Positions 37,460 to 51,085 of a stretch of DNA of 64,000 bases are shown here, one piece after another. A model generated the notes under the pieces. It had not been told where the DNA came from, did no database searches, and worked only from the letters and a program-made list of their open reading frames with translations. Each line of letters opens with the position of its first letter. The first letter of the stretch is position 1. The stretch lies in the NCBI RefSeq assembly GCF_006345805.1, contig NC_043001.1:75206001-75270000 (forward strand), read 5' to 3'. A program made the translations under genes and the position numbers. This DNA is from Octopus sinensis. Lineage: Eukaryota.

Positions 37460-39345
37460 TATTTCGGGACGGTCATTTTCTTTGACAAATATTGTCCTGA
37501 AATCTTTCGTCACACGTGCGGTGTGTTGTGTCGTCGTTCTTAGCAGCATTATGACCCTCTCCTCATCCCCATCCCCTTCCCTGTTTCCGCTGCTGCTGCC
37601 CTTGACCCCGACTTTTGATACCGTTCCTGTATCTCTCTGTTAGTGTGTTTGTCCACGCTGCTGCCATCGTAGTAGTTGCTGCTGCCGCTATTGTTGTCGT
37701 TGTTGGCCACCTTGTTGATTTGTTGCGGCCGTTTGTGAAGTTACTGTATGTGTGTTTGTGTGTATCTCTGGGTTCGCTTACTATGTCGTTTATATCCGTG
37801 CCCTTTATGCGTCTTTTTATTCATCTCTATTCCTTATATTTATCATAGACATGTGCATATTTATCTATTGTGAGTGTATTACACTGTTTGTAACTGTTTA
37901 GCTTTCCTTTCTGTCTGTAATCGTCATGTTGTGTGGTGTGGTGGTAGATGTTCATTTTCCATTCGTGTTTACTGTTCAGGGTCGGTCTGTCTATTGTTAT
38001 GTGTGTAGCCGCTGTGATCTGTCTAAGTATTGTGTCAATTCTATGCGTTGATAATACCTTAATCTCTATACTATTAACCGAGCCTCTATGTTCTGCTTGA
38101 GCATGTTTCTAGAGCACTGACGCGCTTTTCTCTTCTTTGAGCTCCCGCCAATGTTCACCTATACACTCCCCAATGCTGCGTGCTGCCTCTTCAATGTAAG
38201 TAGTTGTCATTTTTCTGCATCGTCCCTCAGTACACCGTAAGCTATATGCTATATTCCTAACCTTACAGTTAACCTGTGGGTTCATCGTACATACTATACA
38301 ATTGTTCTCCGTACGTGGGGACCTACCGAAGGGATAAGTTCTATACATCATGGATTTTTATGGTGGTGGTGGTGGTGGGGTCTAGGCCTTTCTACTATTT
38401 TAATCCGTAGACTAGCCTTATCTAATGCTTTTCTATTCACCTCCAGAGATAGCATCAACGAACATTACGCTGATAGTTTTTGTTGGCCTTCTTTATCTTT
38501 TTTCTGGTCCTTTCTGTGTTCTTCCATGATCTACCCCAGTATAGAGGCTAGAGTTCCTCTCTATGATGGCTTTGTACTTAGCCCTGGCTCCTTTGTACAC
38601 TCTAATCCTGCCCCTTTGGTTGTAACCAAAGAACTGCATGCTGTGGAAGAAGTTGTATATATCTTTGTATGTGTCTTTCCAATTCTATAGGCTCGTGCTT
38701 GCGAGACACATTCCTCACCACTCTCGCCAAGTCTCCTATAAGAATATTGAACTTGGCGTTCTTCGCAATAGTTGCGTTCTTGTGGACCAGGTATTTAGAG
38801 GCCATGGTTTTAGCATAATAGGAGTAAAGGATCTGGACCTTACTCTTCTTGTTTTCCACCCAGATTTCTGTGTCTAAAACCGGTAGCCTATAACTCGGGT
38901 GCTTGTTAGAGTAGTCTATTGTTAGTTTAATACTCTGGTGGATGGAGTTAGCTATATGCTGGATGCTCTCCACAGTGTTAGCCCCTAGATCATCAACATT
39001 GTCTTGTAGCAGTGTTTTAGCTACTATGTTGATATCATCCACATACCGGGAGTACACGGTTAGGGTTATGGAGTTCTTTGTTAACTTATCTTTGAGTTTC
39101 CTATCCTACCATACCGTAAATATGTTTGCCACATCGCCAGCGTTACTGACACCGATGGCTGCACCTTCCTCTTGGATGTATGTCTTGTTGTGGCCTTGAA
39201 ACACAAATTCAGAAACAGGGCTGAAACATATAAAAGAATAAAGGAACACACACATTTCCTGACTATCTGCTCCGTCCTCCTCATCCCCTTTTCTGAACTT
39301 TGTCATCTATTTGGCGAATAGCCATACTAGAAACGTCATGTCTAC
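37460..39345 (-). mobile_element. Penelope-like element: RT, GIY-YIG endonuclease and 3' non-coding part (disrupted)
   Basis: FVFQGHNKTYIQEEGAAIG, YSRYVDD, RLPVLD; CIVC..NCKVRNIAYSLRC..C..TYIEEAARSIGECIGEH. Confidence 0.88.
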
Positions 39346-39806
39346 TATTTCTCCATCTAAAACTTTCACTGGGTGTTAATTTAATATATTCACTGTGTAC
39401 GTGTTGTTGACTTTTGTTGTTTTTTGTTGTTTTTTGTTCATGCGTTTGTCTATATATGCACATACACACACACATATGCAATAAACGGCAGTGTGCGCAA
39501 CAAATAAATGTAGTCAAAACTGAAGCGAAACGACACATAAAGGAATTAATGAAAAAGGACACCATGAAATATGTCACGTCAGTCAAGGGAAGCGGAATGA
39601 GTGTGGTCCAAGTTCTAAGTTCATAGATTAGGAAACAGAACATTGTTTTCATGGATAAATTATTGTATGCAAGCTAATTCTTAACACGAACACTAAGGTT
39701 TTCAGAATGAGAAATCCTAAACTCAAGTACAACTTGATTCTGAAAAAGTTCTATGTTAGGAAATATTGCTGCCCTAAACGCATTGATTTGTTATAGGCTT
39801 AATTAC

Positions 39807-39973
39807 TTGGTGAGCAGCTGATTCTGACATAGGAGTTTGTAGGGCAAATTTGGTCAGTCCAGTCGGAATGGGAACATTGGTCGATATAAGATTCTCGTCC
39901 TGAACATTGAACATTCTGAAGCCAAGTTTTTGTTGAATACTTTGAGGTCGATCCTCTTAATGTTATTCCGGAT
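39807..39973 (-). CDS. SRCR gene exon 8: domain 4 C-half, SGITLRGSTSKYSTKTWLQNVQCSGRESYIDQCSHSDWTDQICPTNSYVRISCSP
   Basis: tttttcAG acceptor, GTAATT donor; 167 nt; WL..V.CSG.ES...QC and four Cys at canonical spacing. Confidence 0.95.
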
Positions 39974-40023
39974 CTGAAAAAAGTACAATGTAATGAGAGA
40001 ATTAGTTTTTACTAGATTCAAAG

Positions 40024-40275
40024 ATGGATTGGTGCATAATTATTGCGGTTTTTTTTTTCAACAAAAATTTTATTCAACAAAACAATAACAACATGTAACA
40101 AAACCATCTTTAAATGATTATTCCGGAACATATTCACCATGTGCTTCAATTACTGCTTCCCATTTGCTTGGCAGACGGTCAGAGCATCATTTAAAGATGT
40201 TTTTGTTAAATATTGTTATTGTTTTTGTTGAATAAAATTTGTTGGAAAAAACCCAATAATAATGCGCCAACCCAA
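40024..40275. mobile_element. Mariner-derived MITE with long inverted arms
   Basis: TIR ggattggtgcataattattgcggttttt resembles the Hsmar1/MADE1-type TIR; the centre retains a transposase C-terminal remnant on the minus strand. Confidence 0.75.
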
Positions 40276-40677
40276 TAGATGTAGAATAGGAAATACAAAT
40301 AGAAATAAACTAACTAACTAACTTGCGGAAGAAGAATACGGAAAGAATAAACTGAGATACTTCTATGGAGATATTAATGTGGTCGATGTTCAGTTTAGTA
40401 ATATGTAGATCAATACTTGTTGGAGAAACGTGGTTGTGATGAGGCCCGGGGTGTGTACTGAAAACTAGCCACATAATGAATTCTGTTAAAGGCATCCAAA
40501 GCCCACGTGGTAGTGTTAAACAATGTGTGTGGGTGCGTGGGTGTATTCATTCTACAATCATACATATGCCTATATATATACATATAAAACATTTCTCTTA
40601 TTTCTGTTGCCTGGGTTATATTTTACCTCTAATATAAGTGTTATATTTGGAATATAGTACAATGTAAAAGCGCTTAC

Positions 40678-40801
40678 GTGTATCCAAGTTCCTGACAGAA
40701 AATAATCGTATTTTCTATGTTCCAGTTATTGTCGCATATACCTCCCCACTCTCCGTTATAGAATACTTCGGCATGGCCATTAGAAATGAAACGCTTTGGC
40801 A
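40678..40801 (-). CDS. SRCR gene exon 7: domain 4 N-half, PKRFISNGHAEVFYNGEWGGICDNNWNIENTIIFCQELGY
   Basis: aattcAG acceptor, GTAAGC donor; 124 nt, phase 1 to 2. Confidence 0.95.
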
Positions 40802-42163
40802 CTGAATTACAAATAAAGAATTTTCATTGCGACATTTTAATAAATCAAAAGACAAGAGTGCAAGAATTTTCCAACTTTCATATGAAAATGGTTCAGTAAT
40901 ACATATTCTGTAAATGTCAATTGTAAAATCAATTATAAAGTTTTTAAAAATAACTTTTGTCATTTAAAAATATAATAGCTTCATATTAGGCAAACCTCCA
41001 TCCAGAAATAATTGAGTCGAAGGTGTGAGAGCGAGGATGTAATCAATAGGAACTCCACGGTATCATTTATATCATTGATGCTGTAAGGGTGAAAAGCAAA
41101 GCCGATCTCAACACGATTTCAACTTAGATCGCAAAGGTCCATGACTAAATTAATCGCTTCTAAAAACAAATTAATGTTAGATTAACAATTATATTTTTTA
41201 CTGAGTTAACCCTTTCTCAATTGACAAAGATCGAGGGTGAATTGGATGATATTATGTTCGAGTATCCATAGCAAATTCTAGATTTTAAGCTACAGTATTT
41301 CATGAAGCTATTCTGCCGGGAAAATTCAACTCTTTGTTGTATGGTAACGGATTATAAACAATTCCAGTAACAATACTGTTAGTTCAACAAAGATTTATTT
41401 TACATTTATGCTTTCAAGAAGTGATGGTCAATTCCTTTCCGACGTATTAATGATATTAGTGAAATGGTACCAGGTTGAGATCGAAACTCATCTAAATATG
41501 ACCTGGTTAGAGCATAGTGCTGTAATCTATCGTTCGTCTGTAAATCTTGAATGGTAACTGAGGAAAACGAGGCATTCGTTATTTTAACGCTGTTGTTATT
41601 TCTTGGGGGCAATGAGGGATAAAGTGAAATTTAATGTCTTAAAACATCATCGCTTGAATAGCAAGAAACTAACCTCAGATTTTTCAGTGGTCAACTCTAA
41701 TAACTAGGAGGATTTGCTTTTGTTTGATCCCAGGAAAAATTCCAACGTGGTACGAAAAGAAATGTAATTGAAATATCTTTGTGTCACTGAGAAATTCGGT
41801 TGTTACTTGTATCCAGGCTACATAATGTTTCGGTAATTGAGCTTAGCAAAAATAAACGAGCAGTACGTATTTTAAATCCCACCCTGTAGTACATAAACAT
41901 CTTCCCATCAGTAGTACAACACGTAAATTGATAACATTGTTATGAAAACTTTAGAAATCATTTCTTTTTCTTTCACACTCGAAACGTTTGAGTCTTTAAA
42001 ATGAATTCTTTAAGCCCATATTTGAAACTGAAATTAGCCACATATGCATTAAATCCTTAGCTACCAGCAGGTCTCCTCGATGTGACCTGAGCTAGGGCTA
42101 ATCAACAATAACAACAAAACTCTGCGACATTAAAGCAAGAGTATATAGAAACATCGTCTTGAT

Positions 42164-42445
42164 CAGCGGTTTCGAAACTTTTGGCGGCTAGTGTCCCGTT
42201 GGCACACGCGTCGCATTTCTCGCACCCCTATCACTACCACCACCACAAACATAGACCACTTTCTGAAGCAAATTCCAAGCAATTGTATTTCACAAAGAAA
42301 ACTCAACCTAATAAGCACATTGTTTTGTTGTTTTTACATCCATCACTCTCTTTTGGCCGTCCCATGATCGCCTCAATGCTCTTCAACTCGTCTCCCTCGC
42401 ATTTTCCCCACCAGGGAGCAGTGCCACCCACTTTGGGAACCACTG
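42164..42445. mobile_element. hAT (Charlie-type) MITE
   Basis: TIRs CAGCGGTTTCGAAA / TTTGGGAACCACTG; 8-bp TSD GTCTTGAT / GTCTAGAT matching NTCTAGAN. Confidence 0.85.
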
Positions 42446-42656
42446 GTCTAGATTAACCAAACTAGGGGAGATATCCAACGTTCTTTTGCAGAACAATGAA
42501 GCTTCGGTTAACCCAGTAAATTCTAAATAGTAATCTAAAGAAATTAGCACTATAATAATTGTTTAATTCATAAGTGTTATAAATATTTAAGTTGAAAAAA
42601 ATATCGGAGTTTCTTTCATTAGTTTTTGAAAAACATCAATAAGTTTTACACTATAC

Positions 42657-42826
42657 CTATTGTACAATTCACTCCAGTATCTTCGTTATGTCCACAATTG
42701 TGAGTACCAAGTGCACTATGAGAACAGTCAACTATCCGTTTCTCATTACCGTTGCAATTAACGTCATCCAACCAAATGTTTCCGGTTCCATCTTCAGTTA
42801 ATGAGTATACCACGTAATCCCCGTCA
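42657..42826 (-). CDS. SRCR gene exon 6: domain 3 C-half, [56 protein letters not shown]
   Basis: cttttAG acceptor, GTATAG donor; 170 nt; textbook [13 protein letters not shown]...DC...HNC.H.ED.GV.C. Confidence 0.97.
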
Positions 42827-43099
42827 CTAAAAGATACGAAAAGCTTATATTTTACCAAACAAAGAACTTACAGAAGGATATTTCCAGCAGGTTCAACGAT
42901 TGAGCAGAGTCATAATGCTTTTTCTTAGACAATAGACTTGTGGGTTTAATTATTCGTTGAACACTTACTTACCTTATGTATACTTGATCAGAGCTGATCT
43001 GTTATTCATCAGCTACAAAAATAGGTTATAGAAACCGCATGCATGTCTTTGAAAAAAAAAACACAAAAACAATAACATTTGAGTAGCAATATTTAATTT

Positions 43100-43885
43100 C
43101 TGATTAAAGCGGCAAGATGACTGAGTCATTAGCACCCCGGGAAAAATGCAGAACAGCATTTAAGTTCTGAAATATTTGCTTTTCATCATTTCTGGATCAA
43201 TAAAATAAGTACCAGTTGACCACTGGGGTCGATGTAATCGACTTACTCCGTCTCGGAGCTTGCTGGCTTTGTTCCAAAATTTGAAAGCAATATTTAATTT
43301 CTTACTATGGCTGCAAGCTGGCATTCATTAGCTTTCCAGGCAAAAGGCAGGGCGGCATTTCATCCGTCTTTATGTTCTGAGTCCCAATGTCGTCGGAGTC
43401 GACTTTGCTTTTCATCCTTTCGGGATCGGTAAAAAAAAGTGTCAGTTGAATCAAGGGCTCGATGTAATCGATTTACCTCTTCCCTAAAATTTCTGGCCTT
43501 ATGTAAAAATTTGAAATCAATATAACTTCTGATTACCATATTCAGCGGCTGACAATCAAAATATATTTTATATGTGTATTTCATCAATCTGGGTTCGATT
43601 TGATGATGGCGTAGAGTTAATTTAACCGACAGCACGTTTACGTAACATTTCAAAGAAGCTAATGTATTTAATTGTTTAATAATCATTTCAAATTTTTGCC
43701 ACAAGGGCAGCTTGGGATGAGTCGATTACATCGACCCCAGTGCTCAAATGATACTTATGTGATCGACCACGGAAGAATGAATGGCAAAGTCGACCTCAGT
43801 GGAATTTGAACTCAGAACGTAGCGACGGGCGGACTACTGTTATGGATTTCGTCCAGCTTGCAAACGGTTCAGCCAGCTCGCCACC
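43100..43885. mobile_element. Cluster of SINE family B copies (two on +, one on -)
   Basis: Repeated gactttgcttttcatcctttcgg..gtaccag..ggggtcgatgtaatcgac core. Confidence 0.7.
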
Positions 43886-44870
43886 TTTTTTTTAAATTCT
43901 TAATAATAAAAGCTAATATATTTAATTCTAATTTAGGCATCAAACCAGTAATTTGAGGGGAATAGGTTACATAATCTCCCCCGTGCTTGACTGGTACTTT
44001 ATTACATCGAGGAGATTAGTCAATTACATCGGCCCTTTTACTTGTCTGGTAATTTATTTTATCGATACGGAAAGGATGAAAGACAAAGTTAACCCCAGCA
44101 AAATTTAAAAAATTTAGAGCATAAAGAACCACAATAAACGACAGAAAGTATTTTTACTGATGTTCAAACGATTCTGCTAATGCACCGTCTATTTTTATTT
44201 AGTAACCATTTAAATAGTCACATTAATTAACTATAACGTGTAGATTGACACAAAAAGTAAAGCTTGAAGTCATAGCTGGTAATTAAATATCACCATCCAT
44301 CTCAATTTTACCCCTAATGCAAAACATGTGACATAGATGTGCATAATATTAAACCACTACAGATATTGAAGTTTGGATTATATCTCATAGGGAAAATTTT
44401 ACTTTTTAGGATCACTACAACGGCACAAATAGAGGCGGTTTGTGAAATTAGTATATTTCCTAATTTCAGTAAAGTAACTGAAATGCTATAGATTCACCCA
44501 GATATAGCAATTTTCAAAGACTAGCTCCTCACTATTTTAGGGATTTCGATGTGGAGTCGGCAAAATATTAGTTTCTTTACAAACTAAGTTTAGTCAGATG
44601 AGGTGTGTGAAGCATATTATTAATATTTAAGTAATTTGAACAGAAAACGATGACGAAATTAAATATTAACTATTTAATAAAACCTGTAATCACTAATCAT
44701 ATTTTAAAAATGAAGGAGACGAAGAAATAACCAAAGATTCTCTATGTAGGATGGTCGTGGGTGGAACTATTTTACTCAAAGACCTATCCTATATTTTGGT
44801 GGGATCTAATTTAGGTTTAATTTAAAAGAGCAATTTAAATAAAAGTTACAAAGGTAAAGAACAATATTAC

Positions 44871-45003
44871 CTGTATCCCATGCTTCTGCAGAAAACCTTT
44901 GACTCACTTGTTTGCCAACCGTCATCACAGACGGTACCCCATATGTTACGATAAAAGACTTCTGCTCGTCCAAAAATATTCTTTTCAATTACTCGAACAC
45001 GTG
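44871..45003 (-). CDS. SRCR gene exon 5: domain 3 N-half, [43 protein letters not shown]
   Basis: tttgcAG acceptor, GTAATA donor; 133 nt; canonical WGTVCDDGW. Confidence 0.96.
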
Positions 45004-45232
45004 CTGCAAATGTTTATGACATTATTTCATACTTGTTCATAATTATAACACACATCATGAATAGTCTTCGAAAATAATGACTTAAATCATATTGAATACT
45101 ATCCTTAGTGCAATGATGCTAATGTAAACCAACTATATTTGGAACGTAAACTCTTTCTTTCATCGTTTATAATACCCTCTGTCCTAGTCAAATTTAGTGA
45201 CATTCTCCGTTTTGGTGAAACATCGCAAACTG

Positions 45233-45273
<41 letters not shown>

Positions 45274-45404
45274 TGTATCATCGACATACCTGCAGAATCC
45301 ACAGAGTTGTTTGACTAAACTTATCTTTTTTCAAACTTATCTTTTTCTTTCGGCATGGATCATTCAAAGTTTGAACTCGCATTAGTTCAAATCTATTAGC
45401 CATT

Positions 45405-46600
45405 TCCTAACTTCATCCACCAGAGTATTAAATTAACTCCATCCATCAGTGTATTAAAGTAACAACAGACTACCCTAACAAGCACCCAAACTATAGGCTA
45501 CCGGTTTTAGACGCGAAACCCTGGCTGGAAACCAAGAACAGTAAGGTCCAGATCCTTCACTCACATTATGACAAATCCTTGGCCTCTAAATACCTGGTCC
45601 ACAAGAACGCAGTAATTGCGGGCTACGCCAAGTTAAATATTCTAATAGCAGAGTTAGTGAGAGTGATGAGGAATGTGTCCCGTATGAGCGATCCTATAGA
45701 AATGGAATAACATATCCAGCACTTCATCTACCGCATGCAGTTCTCTGGCTACAACCAAAGGGACAGGATTAGAGTGCACAAAGGATCCAGGACTAAGTAC
45801 AAGGCCATCATAAAGAGTGATGCAAATGGGATATTCCTGTTATACAGGAGTAAATCCTGGAACAGCACAGGAAGGACTAGAAAAAAGATTGATAAGATTG
45901 ATAAGATGACAACAAAATATATCAGTGTCATGTTCGTTGATGCTATTCCTGGAGGCAAACTTGAATACCATTTTAGAAAAGCATTAGATAAGACTAATCT
46001 ACGGATTAAAGTGGTCGAAAGGCTTGACACGACACTCAGACAAATTACAGAAAGTACATACATTGCAATAGGCATGCCGAGCCTCGACAGAAAATATGAA
46101 TAGAACACTCACACCCACCACCACCACCACCACCACCACCACCACCACCACCACCACCACCACCCAACACGACAACTAAAGAGATAAGGGAGAAAAAACA
46201 TACAAGCAGTGTAATACACACACAATAGACAAATATGCACATACCTATGATAAATATAAGAAATAGTGATAAAAAAGTAAATAAAAAAATCTGTATAAAG
46301 GGTACGAATACAAACAACATGATATGCGAAGCCATATACACACACAAACACATAGAGTAACTTCATAAAAGGCCGCAATAAAATCAACAACGCGACCAAC
46401 AACGATAATAGCTACAACGGCAAGAACAACAACAAGTGTTACTGACACGATGGCAGCAGCGTGAGCGAATACACAAACACAGAGAGATGCAGGAACAGTA
46501 CAAAGAGTCGGGGCTAAGGGCCACAGCAGCAGCAATGAGGAAGGGTACGGGGATGAGGGTGAGATCATAGAGCTACTAAGAACAACGACGATAACGATAA
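45405..46600 (+). mobile_element. Second copy of the same Penelope-like family (RT C-terminus and 3' non-coding part; endonuclease missing)
   Basis: IHQSIKL, NKHPNYRLPVLD, ASKYLVHKNA, KYISVMFVDAIPGG; 46110-46590 is the reverse-complement homolog of 37540-37960. Confidence 0.85.
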
Positions 46601-46963
46601 CAACAATATAAAAGGCTTATGCCCACATGTACACATAAGCACAAATGCGAAACACATAGACATGCGTACACACACATACGCGCGCACACATATACACACA
46701 CATGTACACACATACACAAATACAGACGCAAATGCATGCCTATGTAAAGATACACATCATAGAACAGAATGCATTATGCGGAGCTGGAGTACACACAAGA
46801 ATTGAAAGTGTCACTGAAGAGGTCACACGTGTGTCATGAAAGATTTCTGGATAACGGACACGAGTTAAAATAAGAACAGTAATAACGAGTGAAGAACGAA
46901 TATATAGAGTGTATGTTTACTTGGCAGGAAAAAAAGAAAAAAATGACCTTCCGAAATGCGACA

Positions 46964-47012
<49 letters not shown>

Positions 47013-47382
47013 ATTGAGTTTCAGTTGAATTAAGTACTTAAGTTGAAGCACCAACTCTCCCCGGCATTATCCGTACAGCTCGAAGTAAAGTGAATAAAAT
47101 CAAAAATATGCAACACGATATCAAGTAATAATGCAGTACGACCGTTTCAAGTGGCTCCATTTAATTGAATAACGCAATCATTACATCAATTTAAGTTTTC
47201 TTAAATATTTTAACAGAAAAGAAGATGGAAGAAATTCATGTTGTCGCTATTGTAGCTAAGAATAGACTACAACATCTAAGAATCGCATACTAGATATGTC
47301 GAAACAATTGTTGTGATAAATAAAAATTCTCGTATCTTCCATCCACTGCCTTTCATTTACTATACTATACTATATTATACTA

Positions 47383-47421
<39 letters not shown>

Positions 47422-47591
47422 TACACACACACACACAAGAACATATATGAGCCCTTGTTTACACTATTAGCGTCCTACTTTTAATACTCTTATAAGTATT
47501 TATTGAGAATTAGTAAACATGAAGAGATATATTTAATAGACTATGGAATTAAAGCGTATGAAAATATTGTTATGGTGAGAAGTATTATTAC

Positions 47592-47755
47592 CTTCTTCGC
47601 AATCAACACCTGCAACCGATGCCTGATTCCTTGTAAAGTTCTGCGATCTGCTTTTAAAACACTGCATAATATTATTCTCGCTTCCAGTGCATTGTATGTC
47701 GGAATGCAAAAAGTAGTTGGTGCTAACCCGTGGATTTCTATGTGTTTTTCCCGAT
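47592..47755 (-). CDS. SRCR gene exon 4: domain 2 C-half, SGKTHRNPRVSTNYFLHSDIQCTGSENNIMQCFKSRSQNFTRNQASVAGVDCEE
   Basis: atcttAG acceptor, GTAATA donor; 164 nt, phase 2 to 1; C.G.E.....C and AGVDC present; the HNC Cys is absent. Confidence 0.92.
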
Positions 47756-47814
47756 CTAAGATAAATTAAAAAAATATAAAATTTTAGATATCTATTATAT
47801 ATTTATTTCTTTAT

Positions 47815-48490
47815 TGGTTTCAGTCACTAGTATACATTGTCTCCCAGACAATGTATACTCAAAAGCAATTCACGTAGGCATAGAGGGAAAAATAACGAAA
47901 TTAGATTACTTGTGAGCGCGTTTTTGGGTTAGTTAGATATAGAGATGCTAGAAATACATCCCTATTCTAACATTCCCGTCATCAGCACAAGATTTCATTA
48001 AATTTACATTTGAGAGCGCTAAAAATCGAACATACCCATCTGATTTGAGTAACCTCAGACAAACCATCGTCCACATCCAGTACTAAAGAATTCAAAACAT
48101 ACGAATGAAGCTCTGCATCTTCCCCTGTCCACCCACCTGGGTTATAGAGCAACACATTCCTACAGAAGAATCTGTAGTTTATTATCAGGGAGATAATTAT
48201 ATTGTCAATAATAATAAGGGTAAAATTAATTAATTAATTAGTAATTAATAATTTTACCAAGCAGAGTCTGGGAGACTCTTGTTATAGTAGAGGAAATAGC
48301 TAAATTCTTTGGCTGCTATTTCTAAAAGTTCGGTATGTGGTAAAGCAATTTTTTTTTGCTGAACCCTAATTATATAAAGTAATGTTTAAATTTACCGTAA
48401 ATGGTCCTTTTACATGCTGAACTCTGCTTGGTAAAATTATTAATTACTAATTAATTAATTAATTTTATCCTTATTATTATTGACAATACA
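47815..48490. mobile_element. Rearranged copy of the foldback family at 51086-51910
   Basis: Shares arm and core sequences; core inverted relative to the 51-kb copy; own inverted repeat ~48205-48265 / 48420-48490. Confidence 0.7.
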
Positions 48491-48873
48491 TATATTTATA
48501 TATAGATAGATATATATATATACTAAACTTAATATCCAGCGTTGCACGGAATAGTTTGCCAGTTTGTAGAATTGGAATCCATGCTACTTATGCATGTATA
48601 TATATTTAACCAAACTTCTGGACTTATTTAATTTGAACTATCCAAATAACAGTAATCAATTTGCATGAGTAGAAGCTTTTTAACAAATTCTATCCTGAAA
48701 ATCACCTGTTACTTTTGTTTTAAAGTGAAAGATGTAAGAACGTGTATATAAAATGGATGTGCGCGCTCGAGTGTAAGAGAGAGAGAGAAAGAGAGAAAGA
48801 GAGCCACTTACACATACATGAGAACTCACACATTCACCCACTGGCTCTCTCTTTGTTTCTGTCTGTCTGCCTG

Positions 48874-48917
<44 letters not shown>

Positions 48918-49607
48918 ATGCACACGTACATACAAAAAAGATGTACACATATGTACTGATGTATGTACGTATTCATGACAACACACCCCTTCACTCACTC
49001 TATCTTTTTCTCTCTCGTTTTTTCTCTCTCTTTCTCTCTTTATCTTTCTCTCTCTATCTCCCTCTCTTTCTTTCTCTCTCTCTCCCTTTCACACACACAC
49101 ACGCCCATTTCTTATACACGTACATACACCTTTCACTTTCTCCCCTCTTTCACTTTAAAACAAAAGTAAATTATAAATTTTTACGGAAATTAACTAATTC
49201 CGGATGATGAAATCACATTCAGTTAAAAACATTTCTAAATGATTAAAATATTATGTACGTCAAAAGGTCGACGTTTGTTTTCTTAGAGAGCGCGACGACT
49301 ATGTGTGTGTATATGTCACAGTTAGTAGACGTGTATTTTTTGTTGATTGACACGCCACGACATTCATTATATTTGTGTGTATTATATATGTGTGCTGACA
49401 TTACTGAAGCCATGTTTCTTCCTCAAGAAATTACACACAACAAATGTGTTTAATCGTTTACATAGAGGTCCAAATGTCACAAAAATGTGTACTACAGTGC
49501 CAAAGATAAGTATGAAAATAAATGTACAAAAAATTAGATACTTATACTATTTCTGAGATATTTCAGTTACACACAAACATACCCAGAGGTTTAGTATTGT
49601 TGAGAAG

Positions 49608-49712
<105 letters not shown>

Positions 49713-49890
49713 GAGGGCATTATTATATATACATGCCACACGCTAAGAGGGACAAAATTAGTCATTTCTACCAAAAATTTTACTAATCTTACTTTGAAAA
49801 ATTGCATTCGGTGAGATTAGTAAAATTTTTGGTAGAAATGACTAATTTTGTCCCTCTTAGCGTGTGGCATGTATGTATAATAATGCCCTC
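49713..49890. repeat. Near-perfect ~80-bp-arm hairpin MITE in TA context
   Basis: gagggcattattat..aatcttac / gtgagatt..ataataatgccctc; ~18-nt loop. Confidence 0.9.
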
Positions 49891-50019
49891 TATATATAAA
49901 TTAATATGTTCAATAAGAAAGAATTATTTTCGAAATTTTTTCTCTTATGAGGTCTTTCACGCTATCTACCTGACAATTTCTTGTTAAGTTTTCCTTATTA
50001 AGAGGTTGTCCTTAATTGC

Positions 50020-50054
<35 letters not shown>

Positions 50055-50318
50055 TATATATAATATATTATATATATATATATAATATTATATATATATA
50101 TAATATATATATATATATATCTATCTATATATTTACATACATAAACACATTTATATATGTATATTTATATATTTACATACATAAACACATATATATATGT
50201 ATATATATATATATATATGTCTAAATATATATGTATGCAGGTATGTGTGTATATATATATATATGTATATATAGATAGATATATACATATCTATCTATTT
50301 ATTTATTTATTTATTTAT

Positions 50319-50481
50319 GCAGCTGAGGATAGCTCTGCATTCGAATTGATGTAATGTTTGCGTTTTTTAATTAAATAGAGCCGCTTGATACAGTCGTACT
50401 GCATCACCTCTGGATATCCTGCTGCTTATTTTGATTTTATACACATATATACACACGTACATGTAAACATATGTATATATA

Positions 50482-50536
<55 letters not shown>

Positions 50537-50790
50537 ATATGTATATATATACATATATAAATGTGTGTATATATATATATATGTATATATAGATAGATAT
50601 ATACATATCTATCTATTTATTTATTTATTTATTTATGCAGCTGAGGATAGCTCTGCATTCGAATTGATGTAATGTTTGCGTTTTTTAATTAAATAGAGCC
50701 GCTTGATACAGTCGTACTGCATCACCTCTGGATATCCTGCTGCTTATTTTGATTTTATACACATATATACACACGTACATGTAAACATAT
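50319..50790. repeat. Tandem duplication, period ~318 bp
   Basis: The ~150-bp unique segment gcagctgaggatag..catgtaaac appears identical at 50319 and 50637, separated by (TA)n. Confidence 0.9.
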
Positions 50791-50878
50791 GTATATATAT
50801 ATATTATATATATATATATTATATATATATAATATATATATATTATATATATATATATGTATATATATACATATATAA

Positions 50879-50909
<31 letters not shown>

Positions 50910-51085
50910 CACACGTACATGTAAACATATATATATATATATTTGTATATATATGTATATATATATATACATATATAAATGTGTATATATATGTATACAC
51001 ACGTGCATATATTATATTTATACATATAAGTAACATATATTATATATATGTATATATGTTATATATATACATACATATATTTTAT

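Noticed and set aside
40310-40495. Possible alternative terminal exon between exons 7 and 8
   Set aside because: Weak acceptor, short featureless peptide, and no supporting evidence without RNA data.
41406-41612. 68-aa minus-strand ORF in the exon 6-7 intron
   Set aside because: Non-ATG start, no recognisable motif, and exons 6 and 7 already join in frame.
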